NCBI GenBank assembly: GCA_963662795.1
Contig: OY759746.1
Location: 544,001-608,000 of the forward strand
Source: Spirochaetia bacterium
GTDB taxonomy: Bacteria > Spirochaetota > Spirochaetia > CADAEX01
Length of the DNA stretch: 64,000 nt
Direction: 5' to 3'
Positions 30,442 through 39,276 of this stretch are shown one piece after another; the stretch's first letter is position 1; each line of letters starts with the position of its first letter. Under the pieces are notes generated by a model. That model worked only from the letters and a program-made list of their open reading frames with translations. It searched no databases and had not been told where the DNA came from. The translations under genes were made by a program, and so were the position numbers.

Positions 30442-31305
30442 TCATAAAGAGGTGAGCATTTTATATATCCCTTTAAAAAGCGGGCTGCCGGGGTCGGATG
30501 CCGCATCCACAATATTGAAATGGTTGTATTCGGGCATTAGGATATCGCCTTTGAGAACCTCTTTCCATTTTTCCCGAAGCATTCCGGTCTGTCTCAGGAA
30601 CTCATCTGATTCACTCCCCCCCACACTGGTGTAAAGTGAGACGCCACCCGCAGGTTTCATATTAACAGGACTTGCTTCCGCCGCAGTTTTTTCATCAAGC
30701 TTAAGATCTTCTTTTAAAAAGCCCGCATAAACAAGGGGCGCAAGGTCATAAATTCCGCTGATTGCAACGCATCCCTTAACTATCTGATTTAACGGAATGC
30801 CGCGGCGGCCCTTTCTCCCTTCTGTCATCATCATTGCAGCAAGGTGCGCTCCTGCAGAGTGGCCTGCGATAAAAATGCGGTCAGGGTTGCCGCCGTATTT
30901 TCCTGCGTTAAGGTATGTCCACTCAAGCGCTTCTGCCACCTGATCTGTTATCCGCGCAATAGAAACTGAAGGAGCAAGCGCATAGTTGGGCATAAATACG
31001 GCAGCTCCCGTTTCTGTAAACGGCGGGGCAAGAAATGAGAAGTCCCCCTTATCAAGACCTCTCCAGTATCCGCCGTGTATGAAAAAAAGGACAGGCGACT
31101 CCTCACGGACACGAGGGTAAAATATATCAATTGTCCCGCTTTTATCCTCCCCGTACCGGATATCAAGTTCACAGTCTGAATGCTTTCTTGCCTGTGATGA
31201 TTTTTTCTTCCAGCCGTGCATTATGGAAAGATGATCCGGAACCCTGAGGCGCGGATTATATTCATTATTCAAAAATTCTTCTGTATGATGAGTGTCCTGC
31301 GGCAT
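30442..31305 (-). CDS. Alpha/beta hydrolase (arylformamidase/esterase-like)
   Basis: FIHGGYW, GHSAG, SGIYDL, NHF. Confidence 0.88.
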   Translation of the reverse strand: MPQDTHHTEEFLNNEYNPRLRVPDHLSIMHGWKKKSSQARKHSDCELDIRYGEDKSGTIDIFYPRVREESPVLFFIHGGYWRGLDKGDFSFLAPPFTETGAAVFMPNYALAPSVSIARITDQVAEALEWTYLNAGKYGGNPDRIFIAGHSAGAHLAAMMMTEGRKGRRGIPLNQIVKGCVAISGIYDLAPLVYAGFLKEDLKLDEKTAAEASPVNMKPAGGVSLYTSVGGSESDEFLRQTGMLREKWKEVLKGDILMPEYNHFNIVDAASDPGSPLFKGIYKMLTSL

Positions 31306-31310
31306 TACAT

Positions 31311-31361
31311 ATTGTAAACCTCCTCAATATATTTGACAACAGCTGATTCAATGCCTAAGAT
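31311..31361. promoter_or_regulatory. Overlapping divergent sigma70 promoters
   Basis: Plus strand TTGACA(31333-38)-17-TAAGAT(31356-61); minus strand TTGTCA(31339-34)-17-TACAAT(31316-11). Confidence 0.6.
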
Positions 31362-31368
31362 AAAGGCA

Positions 31369-33345
31369 ATGAAAAATTTCAACAATCTTAAAGAAATCCT
31401 CCTCTCCTATGTTTTAGCTGAAACTTTAAAATCAGAGGATCCATACAGAAAGATTCTGCCTGAGTTTATAAATATTATCTGCGGCAATAAAGATGAACCC
31501 CCTGCTTTTAACAGCACAATTCCGGGCTTTGATCAGTTCCTTGAAATAGCAGCTGAAAAGGCACGCGGTGAACTTGAAAAAGCAGATATTGAGGATGCTT
31601 TAAGTGACAAGGCGGGAAATGACACCCTCTGGAGAATTTTTCACCCTGAAGCGCTTAATATAACAGGAAGGGAAAAAGAGGCTGAAAAAAATCTGCGTAA
31701 AAAAAGAACAGTAAAAATTACCAGGGGCCCTTTAAGTCCTGTGACAGACCCCGGGAGGGAACTGCTCTTTACCTCAAATATCCTGCTTACACTGCCGACT
31801 GAAAAAATGCTTAAGGAAGAACTTGAATTGTCTCCTCAGCTGCTCAGCCGGCTTAAGGGAATGCTGTCCCTGCCGCAGAAATACTGGTATGACCATCCGA
31901 TTCCCATAGGTATAAAGAAGGAGAATAACGAAGTTATTTACGGTCTTAAAAATCTCAACAGAGCTGTGGCATTTGAAAAAATACGCGGAACATGCGCTAA
32001 AGATATCAAAGTGCCTGTACTCCTCTCTGTAAGCGTTACCCATCCGGGCCTTGATGAAATCGCGCTTGATTATCTTGCACAGGAGCTTGAAAAAGGAGGC
32101 CGGCCTGAGCATCTTGACGTATTTGTTTTCGGAGAAAAGGATACCCGGGATCTCGTGGAAAACTTCCTGGTTCCCTCAGCTGTGGAAAAAGGACTTTCAG
32201 ATTCTGCCGGTACAGCGCGAAGCCTTCTCGAAGTTTTCGGTGTTGACGGTGAGTACGGCAGGCACTATTCATTTTTAAAAGCTATTGCTGCGATGTGGAA
32301 GCTCATTGTAAACCCTTCTGTAAAGGGGGTATTCAAGATTGATCTTGATCAGGTATTTGACCAGGAAATTCTTGTAAGTGAAACCGGAAAATCTGCTTTT
32401 CAGCATCTTTCATCCCCCCTCTGGGGAGCTTACGGGACAGACTGGATAAACCGGGAAGTGTTTCTCGGAATGATAGCCGGATCACTTGTAAATGAAAAAG
32501 ATATAAGCAAGGGGCTTTTTACGCCTGATGTGGATTACCCGCCGTCCAGGGAGAACAACGGCGGCAGAGCGGATTTAAAAAGCGAAGATAAAATATTTTA
32601 CTCCCGGCTTCCCCAGGCCCTTTCAACACATGCGGAAATGACATGCAGATACGGGGAAAATGGAGCGCCCGACGGAAAAAGGGAATGCCTGCAGAGGGTG
32701 CATGTCACAGGTGGTACCAACGGAATTCTGATTGAGGCGCTCCGCAGATGGAGGCCGTTTACTCCCTCTTTTTTCGGGAGGGCGGAAGACCAGGCTTATA
32801 TTCTGTCCGGCTTTACCCATAAGGGGCCGCAGCTTGCCTACCTTCATCAGAGCGGGCTTATAATGAGGCATGACAAGGACGCGTTTGCGTCTGAGACAAT
32901 CAAGGCGGCCGAAGGGGGAAGACAGACAGGGGACTATATAAGAACGCTTCTTTTTTCACGTTATGCGGAATGTTTGCCCGGAGGCAGGAAAGCGGTAAAA
33001 GAAAGGATTGACCCGTTTACCGGCAGTTTTGTGTCATATCTGCCGGTAGCGACGGCGGTACTCAGAATGCTTTTTAAAGCACAGGAGATGCTTGAAAGCG
33101 GTAAAAACACCGATGCACAGCAGTTTATCATATCAGCGGCACAGCGGCTGAAAAATGCTGTTCTATTCACAGAAACAGAGTTTGAAAAACAGCTGGACAG
33201 GGAAAGAAAAGGGTGGAACCTTTATTACGATATACTGGAGAAATCTGAAAAAGAAAATGATTCCGGTAAGCTCATCAGCAGCGCTTCAGGGAAAATCCTC
33301 TCATGCAGAATAGAGGATTGCGGAGAAAGGATTGACAGATGGTAA
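31369..33345 (+). CDS. Large hypothetical protein with glycosyltransferase (GT-A)-like motifs
   Basis: FKIDLDQ (DxD), HVTGGTNG, GRAEDQAY, MRHDK. Start placed at ATG 31369 because the TTG at 31333 is the -35 box. Confidence 0.65.
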   Translation: MKNFNNLKEILLSYVLAETLKSEDPYRKILPEFINIICGNKDEPPAFNSTIPGFDQFLEIAAEKARGELEKADIEDALSDKAGNDTLWRIFHPEALNITGREKEAEKNLRKKRTVKITRGPLSPVTDPGRELLFTSNILLTLPTEKMLKEELELSPQLLSRLKGMLSLPQKYWYDHPIPIGIKKENNEVIYGLKNLNRAVAFEKIRGTCAKDIKVPVLLSVSVTHPGLDEIALDYLAQELEKGGRPEHLDVFVFGEKDTRDLVENFLVPSAVEKGLSDSAGTARSLLEVFGVDGEYGRHYSFLKAIAAMWKLIVNPSVKGVFKIDLDQVFDQEILVSETGKSAFQHLSSPLWGAYGTDWINREVFLGMIAGSLVNEKDISKGLFTPDVDYPPSRENNGGRADLKSEDKIFYSRLPQALSTHAEMTCRYGENGAPDGKRECLQRVHVTGGTNGILIEALRRWRPFTPSFFGRAEDQAYILSGFTHKGPQLAYLHQSGLIMRHDKDAFASETIKAAEGGRQTGDYIRTLLFSRYAECLPGGRKAVKERIDPFTGSFVSYLPVATAVLRMLFKAQEMLESGKNTDAQQFIISAAQRLKNAVLFTETEFEKQLDRERKGWNLYYDILEKSEKENDSGKLISSASGKILSCRIEDCGERIDRW

Positions 33346-35198
33346 ACCGCTCTGCAAATGAAATTAAAACAGGCGCTCTGGTCCTTTATAAATCAGGTCC
33401 TGCAAGGGTTTTAAAAACAGGTGATAAAATTGAAATCGAACTTGCGGATAAAAAGACACTCCAGGTCAGGGGCAAGGACATAACATTTCTTCACCCCGGC
33501 CCTGTTGATAACCTGTCCGTTCTGAACAGCCTGAGTCAGGACAGCAGCGAATTGAAAGAAGCATGTGAAGTCCTTCAGGGAGAAGCCCTTACTCTCGGGG
33601 AATTCGCGGAGCTTGCATACGGGGCTTTTACTCCGCAGACTGCCTGGGCAGTATATACCGCTCTGCTTGACGGCCTTTATATTACAGGCTCTGCGGAGAA
33701 GATAATAATCCGCTCAGAAAGCGATATTGGGAAAGACTTGTCAGCACGGAAACTAAAGGCTGACGAGAAATCAGCCTGGAATAGTTTTATCTCCAGTGTA
33801 AAAAAAGGAATAATCAGCGCTGAGGATAACAAGTATCTCCGGGACCTTGAACTGTTTGCTCTTGGAAGGCAGGGGGGGAGCAGACTGCTTAAGGAAATCA
33901 GGATGCAGGAGACAGTTGAGAATGCCCACTCCCTGCTCCTGAAACTTAAGTACTGGGATAATTATATAAATCCCTATATTTCAAGGTTCGGATTTTCAAA
34001 TGACACTAAATATCCTGAGATAAATATCAGCGACAGTGAAATATTTAACGGGGAAAGGCTTGATCTCACCCGCCTGGATGCTTACGCAATTGACGATGAA
34101 GGGAACACTGACCCTGATGACGCAATAAGTTTTGAAGAGGGGAAACTCTGGATACATATTGCAGACCCGTCATGCGTTGTAACTCCCGGATCAGATGCGG
34201 ATATTTTCGCAATGAACCAGGGGGCAAAAGTCTATCTTCCTGAAATAAAAATACCGATGCTCCCCCGGAATGCGGCAGATACATTTGCACTTGGCCTCAG
34301 GAGTGAATCCCCTGCTCTTTCATTCTGCATTAAACAGAATGACGACGGCTCAATAGGCAGCAGCTCCATTTATTTCTCAAGGGTCAGGGTAAAACGGATT
34401 ACATATAAACAGGCGCAGGAAGCAATTAGAACCCATCCGTTTGATAAGATTCTTGCGGCTGCCCGGAAGTATATGAGCCGGAGAAAAGCGGAAGGGGCAT
34501 CATCTTTTGATTTTCCCGAAGTAAATATAAAAGTTGAAAACAATAAAGTTTCAATAACGCAATACCGCCGCCATGAATCTGCAATGATGGTTCAGGAAGC
34601 GATGCTGATGGCGGGGGAAGCAGCCGCTGCCTGGGCAGATGAAAACAGGATACCTTTTATCTTCTCAACCCAGACTGGAAATCAGACAGAAAATCAGCCG
34701 GAATTTCCGGCAGCAGATCTTGCGTCCATGTTTGCGCTCAGAAGGAAGATGCGCCCGGGAATAATAAAATCAGTTTCCGACGTTCACTCGGGACTCGGTC
34801 TTCCATCCTACAGCCGGGTAACAAGCCCCTTAAGGCGCTATCTCGACCTTGCCGCGCATCAGCAGTTAAGACTTCACCTGGCAGGAAAAAAGGTCATGAC
34901 AGCTGATGAGATAATCAGCATAATAGGAGCCGCCTCTGCAGGGGCTTCAGCAGTTCAGAAGCTTGAAAGGCTTTCCAATATGCACTGGACTCTTGTATAT
35001 CTGATCCAGAACCCGAATTGGGAGGGCAAAGGGATAATTGTTGAAAAACGGGACAGGTCAGATACTGTAATTATACCTGAGATCGGACTTGAAACTGCTA
35101 TTCCCTCACAATCAGACAAAACACTGAATGATGAAGTAACGCTTAAATCATCAGGAATTGATCTTCCGAATTTAAAAGGGTATTTTACTGCTGTTTAA
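33339..35198 (+). CDS. RNB-domain exoribonuclease (RNase II-like)
   Basis: AIDDEGNTDPDDAIS, WIHIAD, HSGLGL..YSRVTSPLRRYLD. Confidence 0.9.
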   Translation: MVNRSANEIKTGALVLYKSGPARVLKTGDKIEIELADKKTLQVRGKDITFLHPGPVDNLSVLNSLSQDSSELKEACEVLQGEALTLGEFAELAYGAFTPQTAWAVYTALLDGLYITGSAEKIIIRSESDIGKDLSARKLKADEKSAWNSFISSVKKGIISAEDNKYLRDLELFALGRQGGSRLLKEIRMQETVENAHSLLLKLKYWDNYINPYISRFGFSNDTKYPEINISDSEIFNGERLDLTRLDAYAIDDEGNTDPDDAISFEEGKLWIHIADPSCVVTPGSDADIFAMNQGAKVYLPEIKIPMLPRNAADTFALGLRSESPALSFCIKQNDDGSIGSSSIYFSRVRVKRITYKQAQEAIRTHPFDKILAAARKYMSRRKAEGASSFDFPEVNIKVENNKVSITQYRRHESAMMVQEAMLMAGEAAAAWADENRIPFIFSTQTGNQTENQPEFPAADLASMFALRRKMRPGIIKSVSDVHSGLGLPSYSRVTSPLRRYLDLAAHQQLRLHLAGKKVMTADEIISIIGAASAGASAVQKLERLSNMHWTLVYLIQNPNWEGKGIIVEKRDRSDTVIIPEIGLETAIPSQSDKTLNDEVTLKSSGIDLPNLKGYFTAV

Positions 35199-35242
35199 AA
35201 CGTATGTCAGTTTAACCGGCAAAGCGGCTGTAATCTGTCATT

Positions 35243-35617
35243 TTATTTAAAAAAACCGAAATAGCCGAAAATCAATCCAAAGCATACCATAAAAGCGCCC
35301 CAGAAGCGGGATTGTCTGTAGAACTTTTTGCAGTAAAAAAGGGAGCGGGGGGAAATAATGATTACAATCCCGCCGATAAATATTATCCAGCTGATAATTG
35401 TAATCAAAACTGTCCAGTTCATAATCCAGATGTTGTGATAGTAAAGCAGAATTGTACCTGTTATTATTGCCAGGGTACCTGCTATGTAGGTCAGCACCGG
35501 CGATCTTCCGAATTCATTGGCAATAGCGGAGAAATTAATCTTTCCGGTTAAAACGCCAATACCGCTTGCAATATAAATAACAGCAATTATTCTCGCCAAT
35601 AATACTGATAAATCCAT
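35243..35617 (-). CDS. Small four-TM membrane protein
   Basis: GGAGG RBS; four hydrophobic segments; HNIW..W..LITII.W motif. Confidence 0.7.
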   Translation of the reverse strand: MDLSVLLARIIAVIYIASGIGVLTGKINFSAIANEFGRSPVLTYIAGTLAIITGTILLYYHNIWIMNWTVLITIISWIIFIGGIVIIISPRSLFYCKKFYRQSRFWGAFMVCFGLIFGYFGFFK

Positions 35618-35725
35618 ATTTACCTCCTGCTGTCAACAATTGCTGATTCCTGATACCTGACTTTTTGCACATCTATTATAAATTATGATACTATGGAGTA
35701 ATTATAGCAAGGATACCGCAGGAAT

Positions 35726-37135
35726 ATGGATATATCTGATTTAATTAATATAAATTCCCGAATCAGGATAAGAAAAGACTCTCCCCTGCCCCGGGACGCC
35801 GGATGTGTTGTTTACTGGATGCAGCGCTCCCAGAGGGCCTTTTCAAATCCGGCGCTCGATACCGCATCTGAGTGCGCCAACAGACTTTCCCTTCCCCTTG
35901 CTGTAGTTTTTAATCTGGTAAAGAACTATCCGGGAAGTACGGAAAGACACTACAGGTTTATGCTTAACGGTCTTGCTGAAACAGGCAGAGCCCTTGAGCA
36001 GCTTGGCGCGGGGTTTTTTATCCTTGAATCTGACGAAGAGGTGCATGAAGCTATAATACGCTTTACACTATCGGTAAAGGGCGCTCTGCTTGTATGTGAT
36101 GAAAATCCGCTTAAAACACCTGAGCTCTGGCGGGAAAAAACTGCAAAGGATATTCCGCTGACTTTTATTACAGTTGATTCTGATGTTGTTGTTCCATCCT
36201 CCCTTTTTGAGAAAGAGGAATATGCTGCCCGTACATTAAGACGAAAGATTAAACCTCTTATTGAATTATATCTTGAAGATGCTGAAAATACTGCACTGTT
36301 AAAGAAATGGAAAAGAGGGAAAGGAACACCTGACTGCAGTATAGACAGTTACGCAAACCGGTTTTCAGAGTGGAAGAACCGTACCGGGAAGAATTACAGT
36401 ATTAAAACTGCAGGGAGTAAAGCTGTGTGCCTTAACGGCGGAAGGAAGGAAGGGCTTTCACGCCTTAAAGATTTTACAGCGAACAGGCTCACAGGTTATG
36501 CCGAATCCAGAAACAAACCGGAGATTGACGGGACAAGCAGGCTTTCCCCATATCTTCACTTCGGACAGATAAGCCCGGCCGAGGCTGCCATCGCGGCATT
36601 CAATGCTGAAAGCCCGGCAGAAAGCAGGGATGCCTTTATCGAAGAACTCATTGTAAGGCGTGAGCTTGCTGTTAACTATGTGCTTAGAAACAGAAACTAT
36701 GATTCATTTGACGGTTTGCATGAATGGGCGAAAAAATCGCTGTTGAAGCATCTGTCAGACACAAGGGAATATATCTATTCGCTAAATCAGTTTGAATACG
36801 GAGAAACTCACGATCCCATCTGGAACGCGGCACAATATGAAATGAGGGAAACCGGTTTCATGCATGGTTATATGAGAATGTACTGGGCAAAAAAGATACT
36901 TGAGTGGAGTAATTCTCCTCAGGAAGCTTTTAATACCGCAGTTTATCTTAACGATAAATATCAGCTTGACGGCCGTGACCCCAACGGATATACAGGAATC
37001 GCCTGGTCAATCGGTGGAAAACACGACAGGCCGTGGGGCCCTGAGCGGCCGGTATTCGGGCTTATAAGATTCATGAACGCGAACGGTATGAAAAGAAAAT
37101 TCGATACCGCCGCGTATATTTCAAAATACTCCTGA
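35726..37135 (+). CDS. phrB: Deoxyribodipyrimidine photolyase, class II CPD type
   Basis: VYWMQRSQR..NPAL, SRLSPYLHFGQIS, MHGYMRMYWAKKILEW, DGRDPNGY, HDRPW. Confidence 0.92.
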   Translation: MDISDLININSRIRIRKDSPLPRDAGCVVYWMQRSQRAFSNPALDTASECANRLSLPLAVVFNLVKNYPGSTERHYRFMLNGLAETGRALEQLGAGFFILESDEEVHEAIIRFTLSVKGALLVCDENPLKTPELWREKTAKDIPLTFITVDSDVVVPSSLFEKEEYAARTLRRKIKPLIELYLEDAENTALLKKWKRGKGTPDCSIDSYANRFSEWKNRTGKNYSIKTAGSKAVCLNGGRKEGLSRLKDFTANRLTGYAESRNKPEIDGTSRLSPYLHFGQISPAEAAIAAFNAESPAESRDAFIEELIVRRELAVNYVLRNRNYDSFDGLHEWAKKSLLKHLSDTREYIYSLNQFEYGETHDPIWNAAQYEMRETGFMHGYMRMYWAKKILEWSNSPQEAFNTAVYLNDKYQLDGRDPNGYTGIAWSIGGKHDRPWGPERPVFGLIRFMNANGMKRKFDTAAYISKYS

Positions 37136-37173
37136 TTTTTAAGCCGCAAAGCGGAAAAAAGGTTAAGGAGATA

Positions 37174-38292
37174 TCACCTCCCTTTTCTGTCTTTCATGAT
37201 GGTTCTTATCTGTTTTGCGAGGTTTTTCCCCTTCTCTTTTTTTTCAATCCGGGCCAGCTGGCTTTTTCTTCCCTCAAGATACTCAAGCTCTTTTCTAAGC
37301 TTTAAATAGCTTTCATACCTTTCCCTGCTTATAAGCCCCTCTTCAAGCGCGCTTATTACCGCGCATCCGGGCTCTTCCGTGTGCAGGCAGTCGTTGAACC
37401 TGCAGGTGCGGGCATAAAACTCAATCTCCCTGAATACTTCATCAAGCGAAGAAGCGCCCCCTTTATCCCCGGCCCACAGCTGTATCTCCCTTAAACCGGG
37501 TGAATCAATTATCACGGCTCCTGTTTCAAGCTGAAACAGGGTCCTGCTGCTCGTTGTATGCCGTCCTCTCTTGTCGTCCTCCCTGATATCTCCTGTAATC
37601 TGCTTCTGTTCACCTGTAAAATAATTGGTGAGCGTTGATTTCCCGACTCCTGACGGGCCGATAAAAACTGCGGTTATACCCTCATTCAGATAACCTGCCA
37701 CAAGATCAAGCCCGTTTCCCGAAACAACGCTTACAGGAATTACAGCGGCACCGGGAGCGGTATTTTCAGCTTCCGGAATAAAATATTCAAAATCATCGCA
37801 GAGGTCTGTCTTGTTAAGAAGAATTACCGGACTTGCTCCGCTGTCCCACGCAAGTGTCACATACCTCTCAAGCGCCCTCAGGTTAAAGTTTCTTCCCCCC
37901 TCGAGGGACATTACAATAAAAACAATATCGATGTTGGCGGCTATTACCTGTTCCACAGTCTTTTCCCCGGCGGATTTTCTTGATATCCTGCTCCTTCTCG
38001 GAAAGAGTTCAGTGATGATATGAGTTCCGTCTGCAGGATTTGAACCTGAACCTGATGCGTTTCCGGCTTTAAGCCAGACCCAGTCGCCTGCGGCAGGCCT
38101 GTTGTTCCCGTCACCGGACAGCGTCTGGCCAAGCATCCTGCCGGAAAGTGAAGCGTTTACAATCCCCCCTGATGTTGCCGCCTTATAAATATTTTTACCT
38201 TCAAAGATTATCCTTCCGGGTATTCTGCCGCTGCTTATATTTTCTTCAATATATTTACTTTCTTTTTCAGTTAATCCCCATTTTTTTAACAT
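37174..38292 (-). CDS. rsgA: Small ribosomal subunit biogenesis GTPase RsgA
   Basis: AANID, LNKTDL, GPSGVGKST, GRHTT, DSPG, CRFNDCLH..EPGC. Confidence 0.95.
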   Translation of the reverse strand: MLKKWGLTEKESKYIEENISSGRIPGRIIFEGKNIYKAATSGGIVNASLSGRMLGQTLSGDGNNRPAAGDWVWLKAGNASGSGSNPADGTHIITELFPRRSRISRKSAGEKTVEQVIAANIDIVFIVMSLEGGRNFNLRALERYVTLAWDSGASPVILLNKTDLCDDFEYFIPEAENTAPGAAVIPVSVVSGNGLDLVAGYLNEGITAVFIGPSGVGKSTLTNYFTGEQKQITGDIREDDKRGRHTTSSRTLFQLETGAVIIDSPGLREIQLWAGDKGGASSLDEVFREIEFYARTCRFNDCLHTEEPGCAVISALEEGLISRERYESYLKLRKELEYLEGRKSQLARIEKKEKGKNLAKQIRTIMKDRKGR

Positions 38293-38496
38293 TGTTAATC
38301 ATACTCCCTGCAATTGAATGTTGACAGCTGCCACAGCCGCCTGGTTTGAGTTAATGTTATTGTATGAATTGATATGGGTTTTCAGTTATACCTGAGTTAC
38401 GGTATGGACCGGAATATTCTGCTGAAACAAATTATCTGCGTAATTGTCAAAGAGGCAATTATTTTTTTATTTTGATGCCGAAGGAAATATTTCCGG

Positions 38497-38529
38497 CTAA
38501 AAGCCCATACCCCGAACAAAGACCGACAT
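38497..38529 (-). CDS. Putative leader peptide of rsgA (MSVFVRGMGF)
   Basis: Strong GGGAGG RBS 6 nt before the ATG; 10 codons; sits in a ~300-bp structured intergenic leader. Confidence 0.55.
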   Translation of the reverse strand: MSVFVRGMGF

Positions 38530-38594
38530 TATGTACCTCCCTGATAAAAATATGCTATTAATTATTCTTTTTTCAAGTAAAAAAGTCAATCTGA

Positions 38595-39260
38595 TTAATA
38601 CGGTTCCTCGGAACTCCATTTTATTGAAACACCTATTTTTGAGGCGACCTCTTCCATCAGCGCGTCATCATGATAAAGCAGCGGAGCATTTGCCCTTGTT
38701 GCGCTTCCTTCTGAAAGGGTAATCCTCATTGCCTTATGATGTCCGGCCTTTGCAGATTTTTTATCATTACCGCTCCTGTCATAGGTATTAATTTGTCCGT
38801 TGCATATACAGACATAGGTATTGTTTTCATCTTCCTTTTTGATAAAGAAAACTGTCCCGCGCACACCGGCAACAGCGCTGCTTGTTCTGACAGAAAGGGA
38901 ATCTGCATTAAAAGCAATTTTTTTCAGTTTGCTTGTTACAAGCGCGATTGATCCTTTATCAAGATTGAATTCCGATCCTCCGAACTTCAGGGAACTGCTG
39001 CCCTCGAGTCTGAAGATATTCCTTTTGCCGAACAGCACTTCACAGAAGGAATCACGGCCTGTTTCGATCCTGTCGCCAATGGCAACTTTTGAACCTATGG
39101 AGGTACTTTCGCCGTTAAGCGTTACTTCTCCGGTAATAAAGGATATTACCCCTTCTCCCGAAAGCTCTTGGGTTTTTGAATCCTCCCTGCCTCCGCCTGC
39201 GTACACCAGTGATACGAGGGATAACGAAAGAAATAAAAACAGAATTTTCTTTACTGACAT
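38595..39260 (-). CDS. Secreted FecR-domain protein
   Basis: Signal peptide ending YAGGG; GDRIETG..S, VRTSSAVAGVRGT.F. Confidence 0.8.
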   Translation of the reverse strand: MSVKKILFLFLSLSLVSLVYAGGGREDSKTQELSGEGVISFITGEVTLNGESTSIGSKVAIGDRIETGRDSFCEVLFGKRNIFRLEGSSSLKFGGSEFNLDKGSIALVTSKLKKIAFNADSLSVRTSSAVAGVRGTVFFIKKEDENNTYVCICNGQINTYDRSGNDKKSAKAGHHKAMRITLSEGSATRANAPLLYHDDALMEEVASKIGVSIKWSSEEPY

Positions 39261-39276
39261 AAAACCTTTCTCCTTT

